From IMG/VR virus record IMGVR_UViG_3300037474_000089: a DNA stretch of 44,742 nucleotides; one strand, 5' to 3'. Within the stretch, counting starts at the first letter, position 1; each line of letters opens with the position of its first letter. The position numbers and the translations under genes were made by a program. The notes beneath the pieces are model-generated. The model had not been told where the DNA came from. It saw only the letters and a program-made list of their open reading frames with translations, and did not search any database. This document shows positions 25,105 through 32,318 of the stretch, piece after piece. The DNA is from a virus.

Positions 25105-27386
25105 TTCCCGCACCTCCTCCAAAACTTCAAGACCTACGTGCCGGCGCTAAATTAAACGCCGGCTTAGGAACTTCAACCATATTACCAGATATTGACTTTG
25201 AAACTTATTCTCCCGCTGGATTTGAGTGGGATGATGCTCAATGCAAGTTTTCACCCCCAAGAGGTGCAAGCATTAAGGGTTTACCCGTAACTGGAGCAGC
25301 ACGTTACACCGAGCACCCAGAAGCTGAAGTTTTATGTTTAGCATATAACTTAAAAGATGGCACGGGGGCAAAACTCTGGGTTCCAGGTAATAATCTACCA
25401 GAAGATTTATTGAATTATATTTCATCAGGGCACGTAATTGAGGCCTGGAATGTTGCATTCGAATACTGGGTATGGAATAATATCTGTGTATCAAAGTACA
25501 ATTTTCCTCCTCTTTCTCCTCTCCAAATACGGTGCGCGGCTGCCAAGAGTCGCGCTCACGCCCTTCCAGGTTCTCTTGATCCTGCAGGCGAAGTAGTCGA
25601 TATTAAGAATAAAAAAGATAAAGATGGTAAACGTTTAATCACTAAATTCAGTATTCCTAGAAACCCAACTTTAAAAAACAAATCATTAAGGACTTTACCA
25701 ACAGACGATCCACAAGATGCCAACAACTTATACAACTATTGTCTAAGGGATATTGAGGCAGAATCAGAATTGTCGTCTAAAACACCAGATTTATCAGAAA
25801 ATGAATTAAAGTTCTGGCAATGTGACCATGCTATTAATGTTCGTGGCATACAGATAGACATGCCTTTAATCAATAATTGCATAAACATATTAGAACAAGC
25901 TTATAAGAAATACGACGAGGAATTATGCCGGATAACTAATGGTCAAGTTAAATCAGCAAGTCAACTTCCAAGCCTGAAGAAATGGCTTATATCCCAAGGG
26001 ATACAGATTGATAAGTTAACTTCAGACGACGTAGAAGATTTAAAAAAAATAGTTCCTTGGAATAGACCCGAGGTTCATAGAGCCTTAGACATACGAGCCA
26101 TGACCGGGTCTGCCTCAGTTAAGAAACTGTACGCAATGGCCAATCAAGTTACACGCGATAATCGGCTGCATGATTTATTCATATATCATTCTGCACGTAC
26201 TGGGCGCGCGGCGGGAACTGGGCCACAACCCCAGAACTTGCCGAATAGTGGACCAATGGTAAAAGAGTGTAAATGTAAGAAACATTACAGAACAGATAAA
26301 GGATGCCCCTGGTGCGGAATATCTTTTTGTGAAGGGGAAAATACATATTGCGACGATTGTGATAGAGGCGAAGATAATAGTGCTCTTACATTTAAGGAAA
26401 CCGAATGGAATCCGAAAGCTGTAGAAGACGCTATTGAAATCCTAAATACGGGAAGTCTAGCATGCGTCGAATATTATTTTGGTGATGCGGTTGAAATAAT
26501 CTCATCTTGTCTGCGAGGAATGTTTATCTCGGCGCCAGGCAAAGATTTAATATGTTCCGACTATAGCGCGATTGAAGCAGTAGTATTAGCGGCTCTAGCT
26601 GGGGAACAATGGAGATTAGATGTATTCAACACCCACGGCAAGATTTATGAAACTTCAGCTTCTAAGATAACTGGCACGTCTTTAGAAGAATATGAGCTAT
26701 ATAAGGCTTCTTCGGGTTCTCACCATCCAGACCGTAAGATAGGGAAAGTGGCAGAGCTAGCCTCCGGTTACCAAGGTGCCGTAGGTGCATGGAAAGCTTT
26801 TGGAGCCGATGAGTTCTTTTCTGATGAAGTCATTTTAGAGAAAGTAAAAGCATGGCGAGCAGCTTCTCCAAATATCGTAAAACTTTGGTATGGTTTAGAA
26901 AAAGCTGCAACTAGCGCAGTGCTCACCCCCGGAGAGGAATTTGAGTACAGAGGTCTTAAGTACATCTGTAAACAAAATGTACTATATTGCAAATTGTTAT
27001 CAGGACGTCTAATCACATATCACCGACCAATATTATCCCCTCATGAAAAATTCGAAGGGAAATTATCTTTAAGCTTTGAAGGTTGGAATACTAATCCGAA
27101 GTATGGAAAGATCGGTTGGGTTCGCATGAGCACATATGGAGGTAAGTTAACGGAGAATGTAGTTCAAGCAACCGCTAGAGACATTTTGGCTAACGCCGTT
27201 ATTAACTTGGAAGATAAAGGTTATCCAGTGGTTTTACATGTGCATGATGAAATCGCGGTCGAAATGGAAGAAGGCAAAGGAACCATACAAGAAGTAGAGA
27301 CAATCATGAGCACAATGCCAGAGTGGGCAAAAGGGTGGCCTGTTAAGGCTAAAGGGGGCTGGAGAGCTAAGAGGTACAACAAATGA
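25101..27386 (+). CDS. Family A DNA polymerase with 3'-5' exonuclease domain and a Cys-rich insertion
   Basis: Exo motifs are DIDFETYS and EAWNVAFEY. Polymerase motifs are SARTGRAAGTGPQPQNLP, SDYSAIEAVVLA, RKIGKVAELASGYQG and VLHVHDEI. Confidence 0.93.
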   Translation: MIPAPPPKLQDLRAGAKLNAGLGTSTILPDIDFETYSPAGFEWDDAQCKFSPPRGASIKGLPVTGAARYTEHPEAEVLCLAYNLKDGTGAKLWVPGNNLPEDLLNYISSGHVIEAWNVAFEYWVWNNICVSKYNFPPLSPLQIRCAAAKSRAHALPGSLDPAGEVVDIKNKKDKDGKRLITKFSIPRNPTLKNKSLRTLPTDDPQDANNLYNYCLRDIEAESELSSKTPDLSENELKFWQCDHAINVRGIQIDMPLINNCINILEQAYKKYDEELCRITNGQVKSASQLPSLKKWLISQGIQIDKLTSDDVEDLKKIVPWNRPEVHRALDIRAMTGSASVKKLYAMANQVTRDNRLHDLFIYHSARTGRAAGTGPQPQNLPNSGPMVKECKCKKHYRTDKGCPWCGISFCEGENTYCDDCDRGEDNSALTFKETEWNPKAVEDAIEILNTGSLACVEYYFGDAVEIISSCLRGMFISAPGKDLICSDYSAIEAVVLAALAGEQWRLDVFNTHGKIYETSASKITGTSLEEYELYKASSGSHHPDRKIGKVAELASGYQGAVGAWKAFGADEFFSDEVILEKVKAWRAASPNIVKLWYGLEKAATSAVLTPGEEFEYRGLKYICKQNVLYCKLLSGRLITYHRPILSPHEKFEGKLSLSFEGWNTNPKYGKIGWVRMSTYGGKLTENVVQATARDILANAVINLEDKGYPVVLHVHDEIAVEMEEGKGTIQEVETIMSTMPEWAKGWPVKAKGGWRAKRYNK

Positions 27387-27547
27387 GATATTTATTAGCA
27401 CTGTTTTTGATAAAAGGTTGTACTGGAGAGATTCAAGTTAAGCCAATTGGCATATATGAAACAAGAGAGTCATGCGAAATTCAACAATCTTTTTTAAATG
27501 AATACCATAACAGCAAACATTTTTTATGCGTAGTGGAGGACAAATGA
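27383..27547 (+). CDS. Hypothetical 54-aa protein with a hydrophobic N-terminus
   Basis: ATGA overlaps at both ends. MRYLLALFLIKGC.... Confidence 0.35.
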   Translation: MRYLLALFLIKGCTGEIQVKPIGIYETRESCEIQQSFLNEYHNSKHFLCVVEDK

Positions 27548-27714
27548 TTATATATCTAGTGAGTTTACGCATAGCAGAAAGAAATGAAATTATAGTAGAA
27601 GCTTTTCTTTCGAAAGTAAAAGCGGAAAATCGAGTTAATCAATTCAATTCAGGTATGGGCTGTTCAAGCTCATTTCCAAAAGCGCAGTATGTAGAAGTCG
27701 AGGTAATAGAATGA
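27544..27714 (+). CDS. Hypothetical 56-aa protein
   Basis: Start MIIYLVSL at an ATGA overlap. Coupled to the methyltransferase gene. Confidence 0.4.
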   Translation: MIIYLVSLRIAERNEIIVEAFLSKVKAENRVNQFNSGMGCSSSFPKAQYVEVEVIE

Positions 27715-28460
27715 AACACCTAGATATGTTTAGTGGAATAGGAGGTTTTGCATTAGCGGCACAATGGGCTGGAATTGATACTATTGGGTTTAGTGAGATA
27801 GACAAATTCTGCTGCAAAGTTTTAAAGAAGCATTGGCCTCACATCACTAACTACGGCGACATACGTCAAATAGAGGAACTTCCTCATGTAGATTTGATGA
27901 CAGGCGGATTTCCATGTCAACCATTCAGTAGTGCAGGAAAGAAAAGGGGAAAGGAAGATGAACGATATTTGTGGCCACAATTCTACAGAGCAATCAAACT
28001 CTCTAAGCCAACTTGGATTGTTATCGAAAATGTTAAGGGAGCAGTTGACCTGGTACTCGAAACAATCTGTTCTGATTTGGAAGCACAAGATTACGAAGTG
28101 CAATCGCTCATTATACCAGCTTGTGGCACCGATGCGCCGCATAGACGGGAAAGGTTATGGATTGTTGCCCACTCCAACAGCAAGCGAGTTAACTTCAGGT
28201 TCAGTGATTGGGAAGAACGACGTGTACAAAAAGACCCGTACGGGGACATGGCGCAAATACAATCAGAATGGGAAGAACTCAAGCCTAACTCTTGGTCGTC
28301 TTATGATTTTGAGCAATACCTATCCTTTAACGCCTTATCTCATGGAGATGGTTATGGGATACCCAATAGGTTGGACAGAGGTAAATCTTTAGGCAACTCT
28401 ATAGTACCTCAAGTAATATTTCCTATATTAAGATTGATAAAAGTAGTTGACAATCTATAG
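27711..28460 (+). CDS. DNA (cytosine-5)-methyltransferase (compact, 249 aa). See the finding on methyltransferase-like motifs in the +1 frame.
   Basis: Motif I is DMFSGIGGF, IV is GGFPCQPFS, VI is ENVKG, VIII is PHRRERLWIVA and X is LGNSIVPQV. Confidence 0.88.
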   Translation: MKHLDMFSGIGGFALAAQWAGIDTIGFSEIDKFCCKVLKKHWPHITNYGDIRQIEELPHVDLMTGGFPCQPFSSAGKKRGKEDERYLWPQFYRAIKLSKPTWIVIENVKGAVDLVLETICSDLEAQDYEVQSLIIPACGTDAPHRRERLWIVAHSNSKRVNFRFSDWEERRVQKDPYGDMAQIQSEWEELKPNSWSSYDFEQYLSFNALSHGDGYGIPNRLDRGKSLGNSIVPQVIFPILRLIKVVDNL

Positions 28461-28475
28461 AAGACGATCTATAGT
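28439..28475 (+). promoter_or_regulatory. Promoter P2: conserved cassette AAAAGTAGTTGACA-ATC-TATAGA-AGACGA-TC-TATAGT
   Basis: The -35 is 28447-28452 and the -10 is 28470-28475. It is embedded in the last codons of the methyltransferase gene (KVVDNL*). Confidence 0.6.
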
Positions 28476-28512
28476 TATCTTGTAACTTAAATTAATTCAG
28501 GAGACGGAACTT

Positions 28513-28683
28513 ATGAATACTTTATATGAAACAATTTTAACAGGCGCTTTAATTATACTTGTTGGTTATCAAATTCATGTTAATAACGAAGTAGTTAAAT
28601 TGATGACAGCTTCACAAATGCAAGCAGTTTCGGCGATGAATGACATGAATAACAAACTTCATATGACCTTCATAAAAAGCTAG
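28513..28683 (+). CDS. Small membrane protein (56 aa, one TM segment)
   Basis: RBS GGAGACGG. ILTGALIILVGY. Confidence 0.4.
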   Translation: MNTLYETILTGALIILVGYQIHVNNEVVKLMTASQMQAVSAMNDMNNKLHMTFIKS

Positions 28684-28692
28684 GAGCTAATC

Positions 28693-28800
28693 ATGAAAAT
28701 GCATAAAGAGTTTATTAGGATGATAAAGGAAATAATCCAACTGAAAATTGAAATAGATCGTCTGAAAAAAGAGTTAAGGGAGAAAAGTAATGAAAGATGA
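28693..28800 (+). CDS. Very small coiled-coil ORF (35 aa)
   Basis: RBS TAGGAG. Overlaps the next ORF. Confidence 0.25.
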   Translation: MKMHKEFIRMIKEIIQLKIEIDRLKKELREKSNER

Positions 28801-28924
28801 AATATTAAGTTTAATAGGTGAAGCGAAAAGTGAAGTTGAGATTTTAAAGAAAGCGCTATGTGAAGCATGTAAAGAGTTAAATAAAACACCAGAAGACTTT
28901 ATCAATAAAGCTAGAGGTAAGTAA
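28790..28924 (+). CDS. Very small helical ORF (44 aa)
   Basis: ORF ends just before the long terminator hairpin. Confidence 0.3.
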   Translation: MKDEILSLIGEAKSEVEILKKALCEACKELNKTPEDFINKARGK

Positions 28925-28931
28925 GAGTAAT

Positions 28932-29010
28932 CGGAGGCGTCAGAACCCTTATAGTTTCCGGCCAAAGAAACCAAACTATAAGGTATACAGAGAACGCCTC
29001 CATTTTTTTT
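28932..29010 (+). terminator. Compound long-stem intrinsic terminator (8-bp and 11-bp helices) followed by T9
   Basis: GGAGGCGT (28932-39) pairs with ACGCCTCC (28993-29000). CCTTATAGTTT (28946-56) pairs with AAACTATAAGG (28972-82). A run of nine T follows at 29002-29010. Confidence 0.7.
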
Positions 29011-29031
29011 ATTAAGGAAAGGAGCATCAAG

Positions 29032-29868
29032 ATGTTTAAAAAAGCTATAATCGGAGTTTCCTCTGTTTTAGTATGTGCGACAATGACAGCTTGTACAAAA
29101 GTACCAGCGGGTCATAAAGGCGTTATTGTCAATTTGTATGGTTCTGATAAAGGAGTTTCAGAAGAAACGGTTGGTGTGGGTAGATATTACTTAGGTTGGA
29201 ATAAAGAATTATATTTGTTTCCAGTTTTTCTTCAAAATTACACGTGGACTGGCGAAGAACAAATAACCATGCAAACTTCAGAAGGACTTTCTATATCGGC
29301 AGATGTTGGTGTTACTTATAATATTAGACCAGAAAATGTCAGCAAAGTTTTTCAAAAATACAGATTAGGTATTGACGAAATAACCCATACCTTTCTCCAC
29401 AACATGGTTAGAGACGCAATGAATCAAGTGTCTTCTACTATGACAGTCGAACAACTTTATGGTGAAAAGAAAGAGCAATTTATCATAAAAGTAAACAACA
29501 TTGTAAAAGAAGAATGTTTGGACGTTGGAATTGACATGGACAAAATCTATCTTATTGGTTCCTTTAAATTACCAGACAATGTCGTAAATTCAATAAACGC
29601 TAAAATTCAAGCAAGTCAAAATGCAATGAAAGTAGAAAATGAAGTTGCCACAGCAAAAGCAGAAGCTTTAAAAACAGTGGTAGTAGCAGAAGCTGAAGCA
29701 CAACGTATTTTAATTGACGCTAAAGCTAGAGCCGAATCTAACAGATTACTATCTGAAAGTTTAACCCCCTCATTTATTCAATACCAAACATTGCTTAAAT
29801 GGGATGGTAAATTACCTCAGATTACAGGTTCTTCCACTATACCTATGATCAACTTAAAGAGTAGTTAA
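29032..29868 (+). CDS. SPFH/Band-7 (prohibitin/HflC-like) lipoprotein
   Basis: Signal plus lipobox-like sequence VLVCATMTAC. SPFH core is VPAGHKGVIVNLYG...GLSISADVGVTYNI...VRDAMNQV, followed by a C-terminal coiled coil AEAEAQRILIDAKARAE. Confidence 0.8.
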   Translation: MFKKAIIGVSSVLVCATMTACTKVPAGHKGVIVNLYGSDKGVSEETVGVGRYYLGWNKELYLFPVFLQNYTWTGEEQITMQTSEGLSISADVGVTYNIRPENVSKVFQKYRLGIDEITHTFLHNMVRDAMNQVSSTMTVEQLYGEKKEQFIIKVNNIVKEECLDVGIDMDKIYLIGSFKLPDNVVNSINAKIQASQNAMKVENEVATAKAEALKTVVVAEAEAQRILIDAKARAESNRLLSESLTPSFIQYQTLLKWDGKLPQITGSSTIPMINLKSS

Positions 29869-29869
29869 T

Positions 29870-30058
29870 ATGAAAAAATCCGTATTAGCGTTAATTTTAA
29901 TATTCCTAGGTTTTTATGACCTAGGAATCGTTATACCCTGGATTATATCAACAGCTTTACTTCCAGTAATATTTATAGTCATTTTCTTATGCATACATGT
30001 AATTATTTTTTATTTCATAGGTTATAAAGTTTCAAAATTATTTAAAAAGGAGAAATAA
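29870..30058 (+). CDS. Small two-TM membrane protein (62 aa)
   Basis: Almost entirely hydrophobic with a basic C-terminus. Lies 1 nt after the SPFH stop. Confidence 0.5.
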   Translation: MKKSVLALILIFLGFYDLGIVIPWIISTALLPVIFIVIFLCIHVIIFYFIGYKVSKLFKKEK

Positions 30059-30059
30059 C

Positions 30060-30233
30060 ATGAGTTTTTTGAATATACTACAGTTAATATTAATAACTCT
30101 TAAACTATGCCAATTTATTAATTGGTCTTGGTGGTATGTCTTAGCGCCTTGCTTATTTCAAATAGTATTTTCTTTATTAACAATAGCGTTAGCTATTTAT
30201 GCGGCTGAAAAGAAAAAAGGTAAATACCTATGA
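30060..30233 (+). CDS. Small two-TM membrane protein (57 aa)
   Basis: ILQLILITLKLCQFINWSWWYVLAPCLF.... Falls below the track threshold. Confidence 0.45.
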   Translation: MSFLNILQLILITLKLCQFINWSWWYVLAPCLFQIVFSLLTIALAIYAAEKKKGKYL

Positions 30234-30397
30234 AGTACTTTGCTATTGTTATTCTAATTTTAACAATGGGTATTAACCTAGCTACTTATATCGAAATAAA
30301 AGAAATATCTCTTAAAATGGACGGGTTCCAAACTATAGAAGTAGAAGAACCTGCACTATTAAGATTACTAAAAGGGGCAATTAAATGGCTGATTTAA
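30230..30397 (+). CDS. Small N-terminally anchored membrane protein (55 aa)
   Basis: ATGA overlap. MKYFAIVILILTMGINLATY. Confidence 0.4.
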   Translation: MKYFAIVILILTMGINLATYIEIKEISLKMDGFQTIEVEEPALLRLLKGAIKWLI

Positions 30398-30609
30398 TAA
30401 ACCATCCTGAACATTATACTTCCTCAGAAGCCGCATGTGAATCATGCGGTTTCCCCATAGAATGCATAGATGTTACTAGACATATGGGATTCAATGTGGG
30501 GAACATAATAAAATACGTTTGGCGTTTTAATAAAAAGAACGGAGTGGAAGATCTAAAGAAAGCGCGTTGGTACTTGGAAGATTTGATTAAGAAATTGGAG
30601 GAAGAATGA
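30385..30609 (+). CDS. DUF3310-family protein
   Basis: HPEHYTS...ECIDV...GNIIKYVWRFNKKNGVEDLKKARWYLEDLI matches the DUF3310 pattern. Confidence 0.65.
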   Translation: MADLINHPEHYTSSEAACESCGFPIECIDVTRHMGFNVGNIIKYVWRFNKKNGVEDLKKARWYLEDLIKKLEEE

Positions 30610-30710
30610 AAGATCCATTCTACGATATAATATTTCCAATCTGCATGGCAATAATCACAGCTTCTTGTCTTATTATGATGATGTGCCACCTACAAGGACT
30701 TTCATTATGA
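30606..30710 (+). CDS. Tiny hydrophobic ORF (34 aa)
   Basis: ATGA overlaps at both ends. One TM segment. Confidence 0.25.
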   Translation: MKDPFYDIIFPICMAIITASCLIMMMCHLQGLSL

Positions 30711-30868
30711 CAAAAGAAGAATTATTAAAACTTGGATTAGATGCATATAACCGAGGAGTTAGAGATGGAATTTCTATGTCCTTTAACTGCATAAAGAGCA
30801 TGGAAATAGAACTTATTAAAATTGCAGAAAAACAGTCTTGCAATCAAGAACAGGTTAAAACACCATAA
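30707..30868 (+). CDS. Hypothetical 53-aa protein
   Basis: Start MTKEELLKLG at an ATGA overlap. It is the last plus-strand gene. Confidence 0.4.
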   Translation: MTKEELLKLGLDAYNRGVRDGISMSFNCIKSMEIELIKIAEKQSCNQEQVKTP

Positions 30869-30896
30869 AAAAAATCCGCCCTGCATCACGGGGCGG
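30867..30896 (-). terminator. Intrinsic terminator for the minus-strand RHH operon (CCGCCC/GGGCGG followed by T7)
   Basis: The stem is 30876-81 with 30891-96. The A run at 30867-74 gives a U run on the minus strand. It lies between convergent genes. Confidence 0.55.
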
Positions 30897-30918
30897 CTAA
30901 AAGGAAATCCACATGTGA

Positions 30919-31131
30919 TTAATCGTAACTGTAAATTGACTTTATTTCAAGCATTTTTTTACGTTTTATGTTTTCTTCGTCAATGTCTCTAAGACGAGCG
31001 ATTTCCATGTGCGCGCCATTAGGAAAAGAAATGGGGTCGTTAGGTAATAGTTTCCAACGTGACCACCATGAGCGTTTTATTTGTATTCCATAGCCGCCGC
31101 CTACAAATTCAACTACCCTGTATTTTTTCAT
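30919..31131 (-). CDS. Hypothetical 70-aa protein downstream of the RHH gene
   Basis: ORF overlaps the RHH gene by 23 nt. Trp/Arg-rich centre. Confidence 0.4.
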   Translation of the reverse strand: MKKYRVVEFVGGGYGIQIKRSWWSRWKLLPNDPISFPNGAHMEIARLRDIDEENIKRKKMLEIKSIYSYD

Positions 31132-31252
31132 CTTGTATGTACTCTTGAATGAACTGTACTAAGACTTCCGTCATTGATTTACTTTCTTCGATACATTTTG
31201 TTTTAAAACGAATAAATAGTTCTTTTTCTATTAGAAAATTCAAATTATGCAT
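31109..31252 (-). CDS. Ribbon-helix-helix (CopG/ParG/Arc-like) DNA-binding protein, about 47 aa
   Basis: MHNLNFLIEKELFIRFKTKCIEESKSMTEVLVQFIQEYI fits a beta-alphaA-alphaB layout. The longer track ORF (to 31333) starts inside the promoter -10 box. Confidence 0.45.
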   Translation of the reverse strand: MHNLNFLIEKELFIRFKTKCIEESKSMTEVLVQFIQEYIQDEKIQGS

Positions 31253-31262
31253 TAAATGAAGG

Positions 31263-31300
31263 CCGGCATATTGTATTAGTGATGTTTTGTAATATGCCGG
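31263..31300. promoter_or_regulatory. Perfect 10-bp inverted repeat CCGGCATATT-N18-AATATGCCGG (operator or leader hairpin)
   Basis: The arms lie at 31263-72 and 31291-300, between the promoter and the RHH start codon. Confidence 0.5.
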
Positions 31301-31331
31301 TCTTCCCTCCGAATCATTAATTACATAAATC

Positions 31332-31360
31332 ATTATATATTAATAATCCCAATGAGGCAA
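31332..31360 (-). promoter_or_regulatory. Near-consensus promoter TTGCCT-17-TATAAT for the RHH operon
   Basis: On the minus strand the -35 is 31360-31355 and the -10 is 31337-31332. Confidence 0.5.
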
Positions 31361-31423
31361 GTCCCGGACATAAACAAATTTAGGCTCCATGGAAAATAGG
31401 AAAAATTTATGGCAATCCCTAAT

Positions 31424-31582
31424 TCACTCAGAGTCTCTATTAGCGATAATATTCACGCTTTGCTGCAATTCTCGAATGCTGTCTTTAGCATCCATGAGTG
31501 CATTAGATTGTTGATATTGGGCTCCCCCAAGCAAAGTGATGATAGCGCTAAGTACGGCAATTACTATATTTTTCCAGTTCAT
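31424..31582 (-). CDS. Small N-terminally anchored membrane protein (52 aa), i-spanin-like or lysis accessory
   Basis: ATGA overlap with the holin-like gene. RBS AAAGGAGGAAAAG. MNWKNIVIAVLSAIITLLGG followed by a polar helix. Confidence 0.5.
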   Translation of the reverse strand: MNWKNIVIAVLSAIITLLGGAQYQQSNALMDAKDSIRELQQSVNIIANRDSE

Positions 31583-31824
31583 TTCTTTTCCTCCTTTTTG
31601 GTGGATTTTCCAGTTAGATGTAGGTTTATGCCAAACCCTACGGCCATAGCCGTACATCCACTAGCAAACTCCATTGCGGTCCATCCATGGCCTAAAAATG
31701 CATTGTAGAAAGCAAGCATGTAATAAATAGTGAAGCTCATAGCACAAATTATTCTGCCATTGTCGAAACTTTCATTATCGTGGGCGGTAATGCTATCTTT
31801 AAATATTTTAAATAAAACATTCAT
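31579..31824 (-). CDS. Holin-like two-TM protein (81 aa)
   Basis: Two hydrophobic segments and a charged tail KSTKKEEKK. It lies directly downstream of the endolysin gene. Confidence 0.55.
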   Translation of the reverse strand: MNVLFKIFKDSITAHDNESFDNGRIICAMSFTIYYMLAFYNAFLGHGWTAMEFASGCTAMAVGFGINLHLTGKSTKKEEKK

Positions 31825-32318
31825 ATCATAGCCCTCCTTATCCAGCCTTCTAAATTTTTAAGTTGCTTTCGATTTATACTAACACGGTTAAGGTAAAACT
31901 TCACTAGCTCTAGCCGTAGATGGTCTACTATATGACATTCTGGTAATTTATTTACCATCTGTACTGTTCTACTACCGAATACCCCATCTTCCGCTATGCT
32001 GTTGTTGATTCTATTAATTGCTTTTTGAACACAGGTTGCTGCCGAAGATGGCGATAGATTAACGAAAATTAGCAGTAACTGAGTTGATACTAAAGAACTA
32101 TTGATATCATTTAGTTTGTATTTTAACCAAAAATCATGGTAGTAAATATCGATTGCTTTATCTATTTGAAGAGTCTTGATGTCTAACTGAGGATATGATC
32201 TTTTACTTATTCCGAAATTTGTTTCGCCGCCGGGATCATCGGGGTCATTGACGTACCCTCCTTCCATCTGAAGGAGAACCCCGATTGCCTGTTTAAAATT
32301 TAAGTCTTTATAATCCAA
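31821..32318 (-). CDS. Endolysin, glycoside hydrolase family 108 with a PG_binding_3-like C-terminus
   Basis: QMEGGYVNDPDDPGGETNFGIS is the GH108 signature. The C-terminal part contains DGVFGSRTV. Confidence 0.85.
   Translation of the reverse strand: MDYKDLNFKQAIGVLLQMEGGYVNDPDDPGGETNFGISKRSYPQLDIKTLQIDKAIDIYYHDFWLKYKLNDINSSLVSTQLLLIFVNLSPSSAATCVQKAINRINNSIAEDGVFGSRTVQMVNKLPECHIVDHLRLELVKFYLNRVSINRKQLKNLEGWIRRAMI

Noticed and set aside
28680-28974. Minus-strand track ORFs 28680-28889 and 28774-28974
   Set aside because: They are low-complexity Leu/Ser/Phe-rich antisense translations of an AT-rich plus-strand region that has RBS-preceded small ORFs and a plus-strand terminator.
28932-29000. 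tRNA-like cloverleaf in the 69-nt hairpin (7-bp GGAGGCG/CGCCTCC ends)
   Set aside because: No D-arm or T-arm can be drawn. The sequence folds as one long interrupted hairpin followed by T9, which is terminator behaviour.
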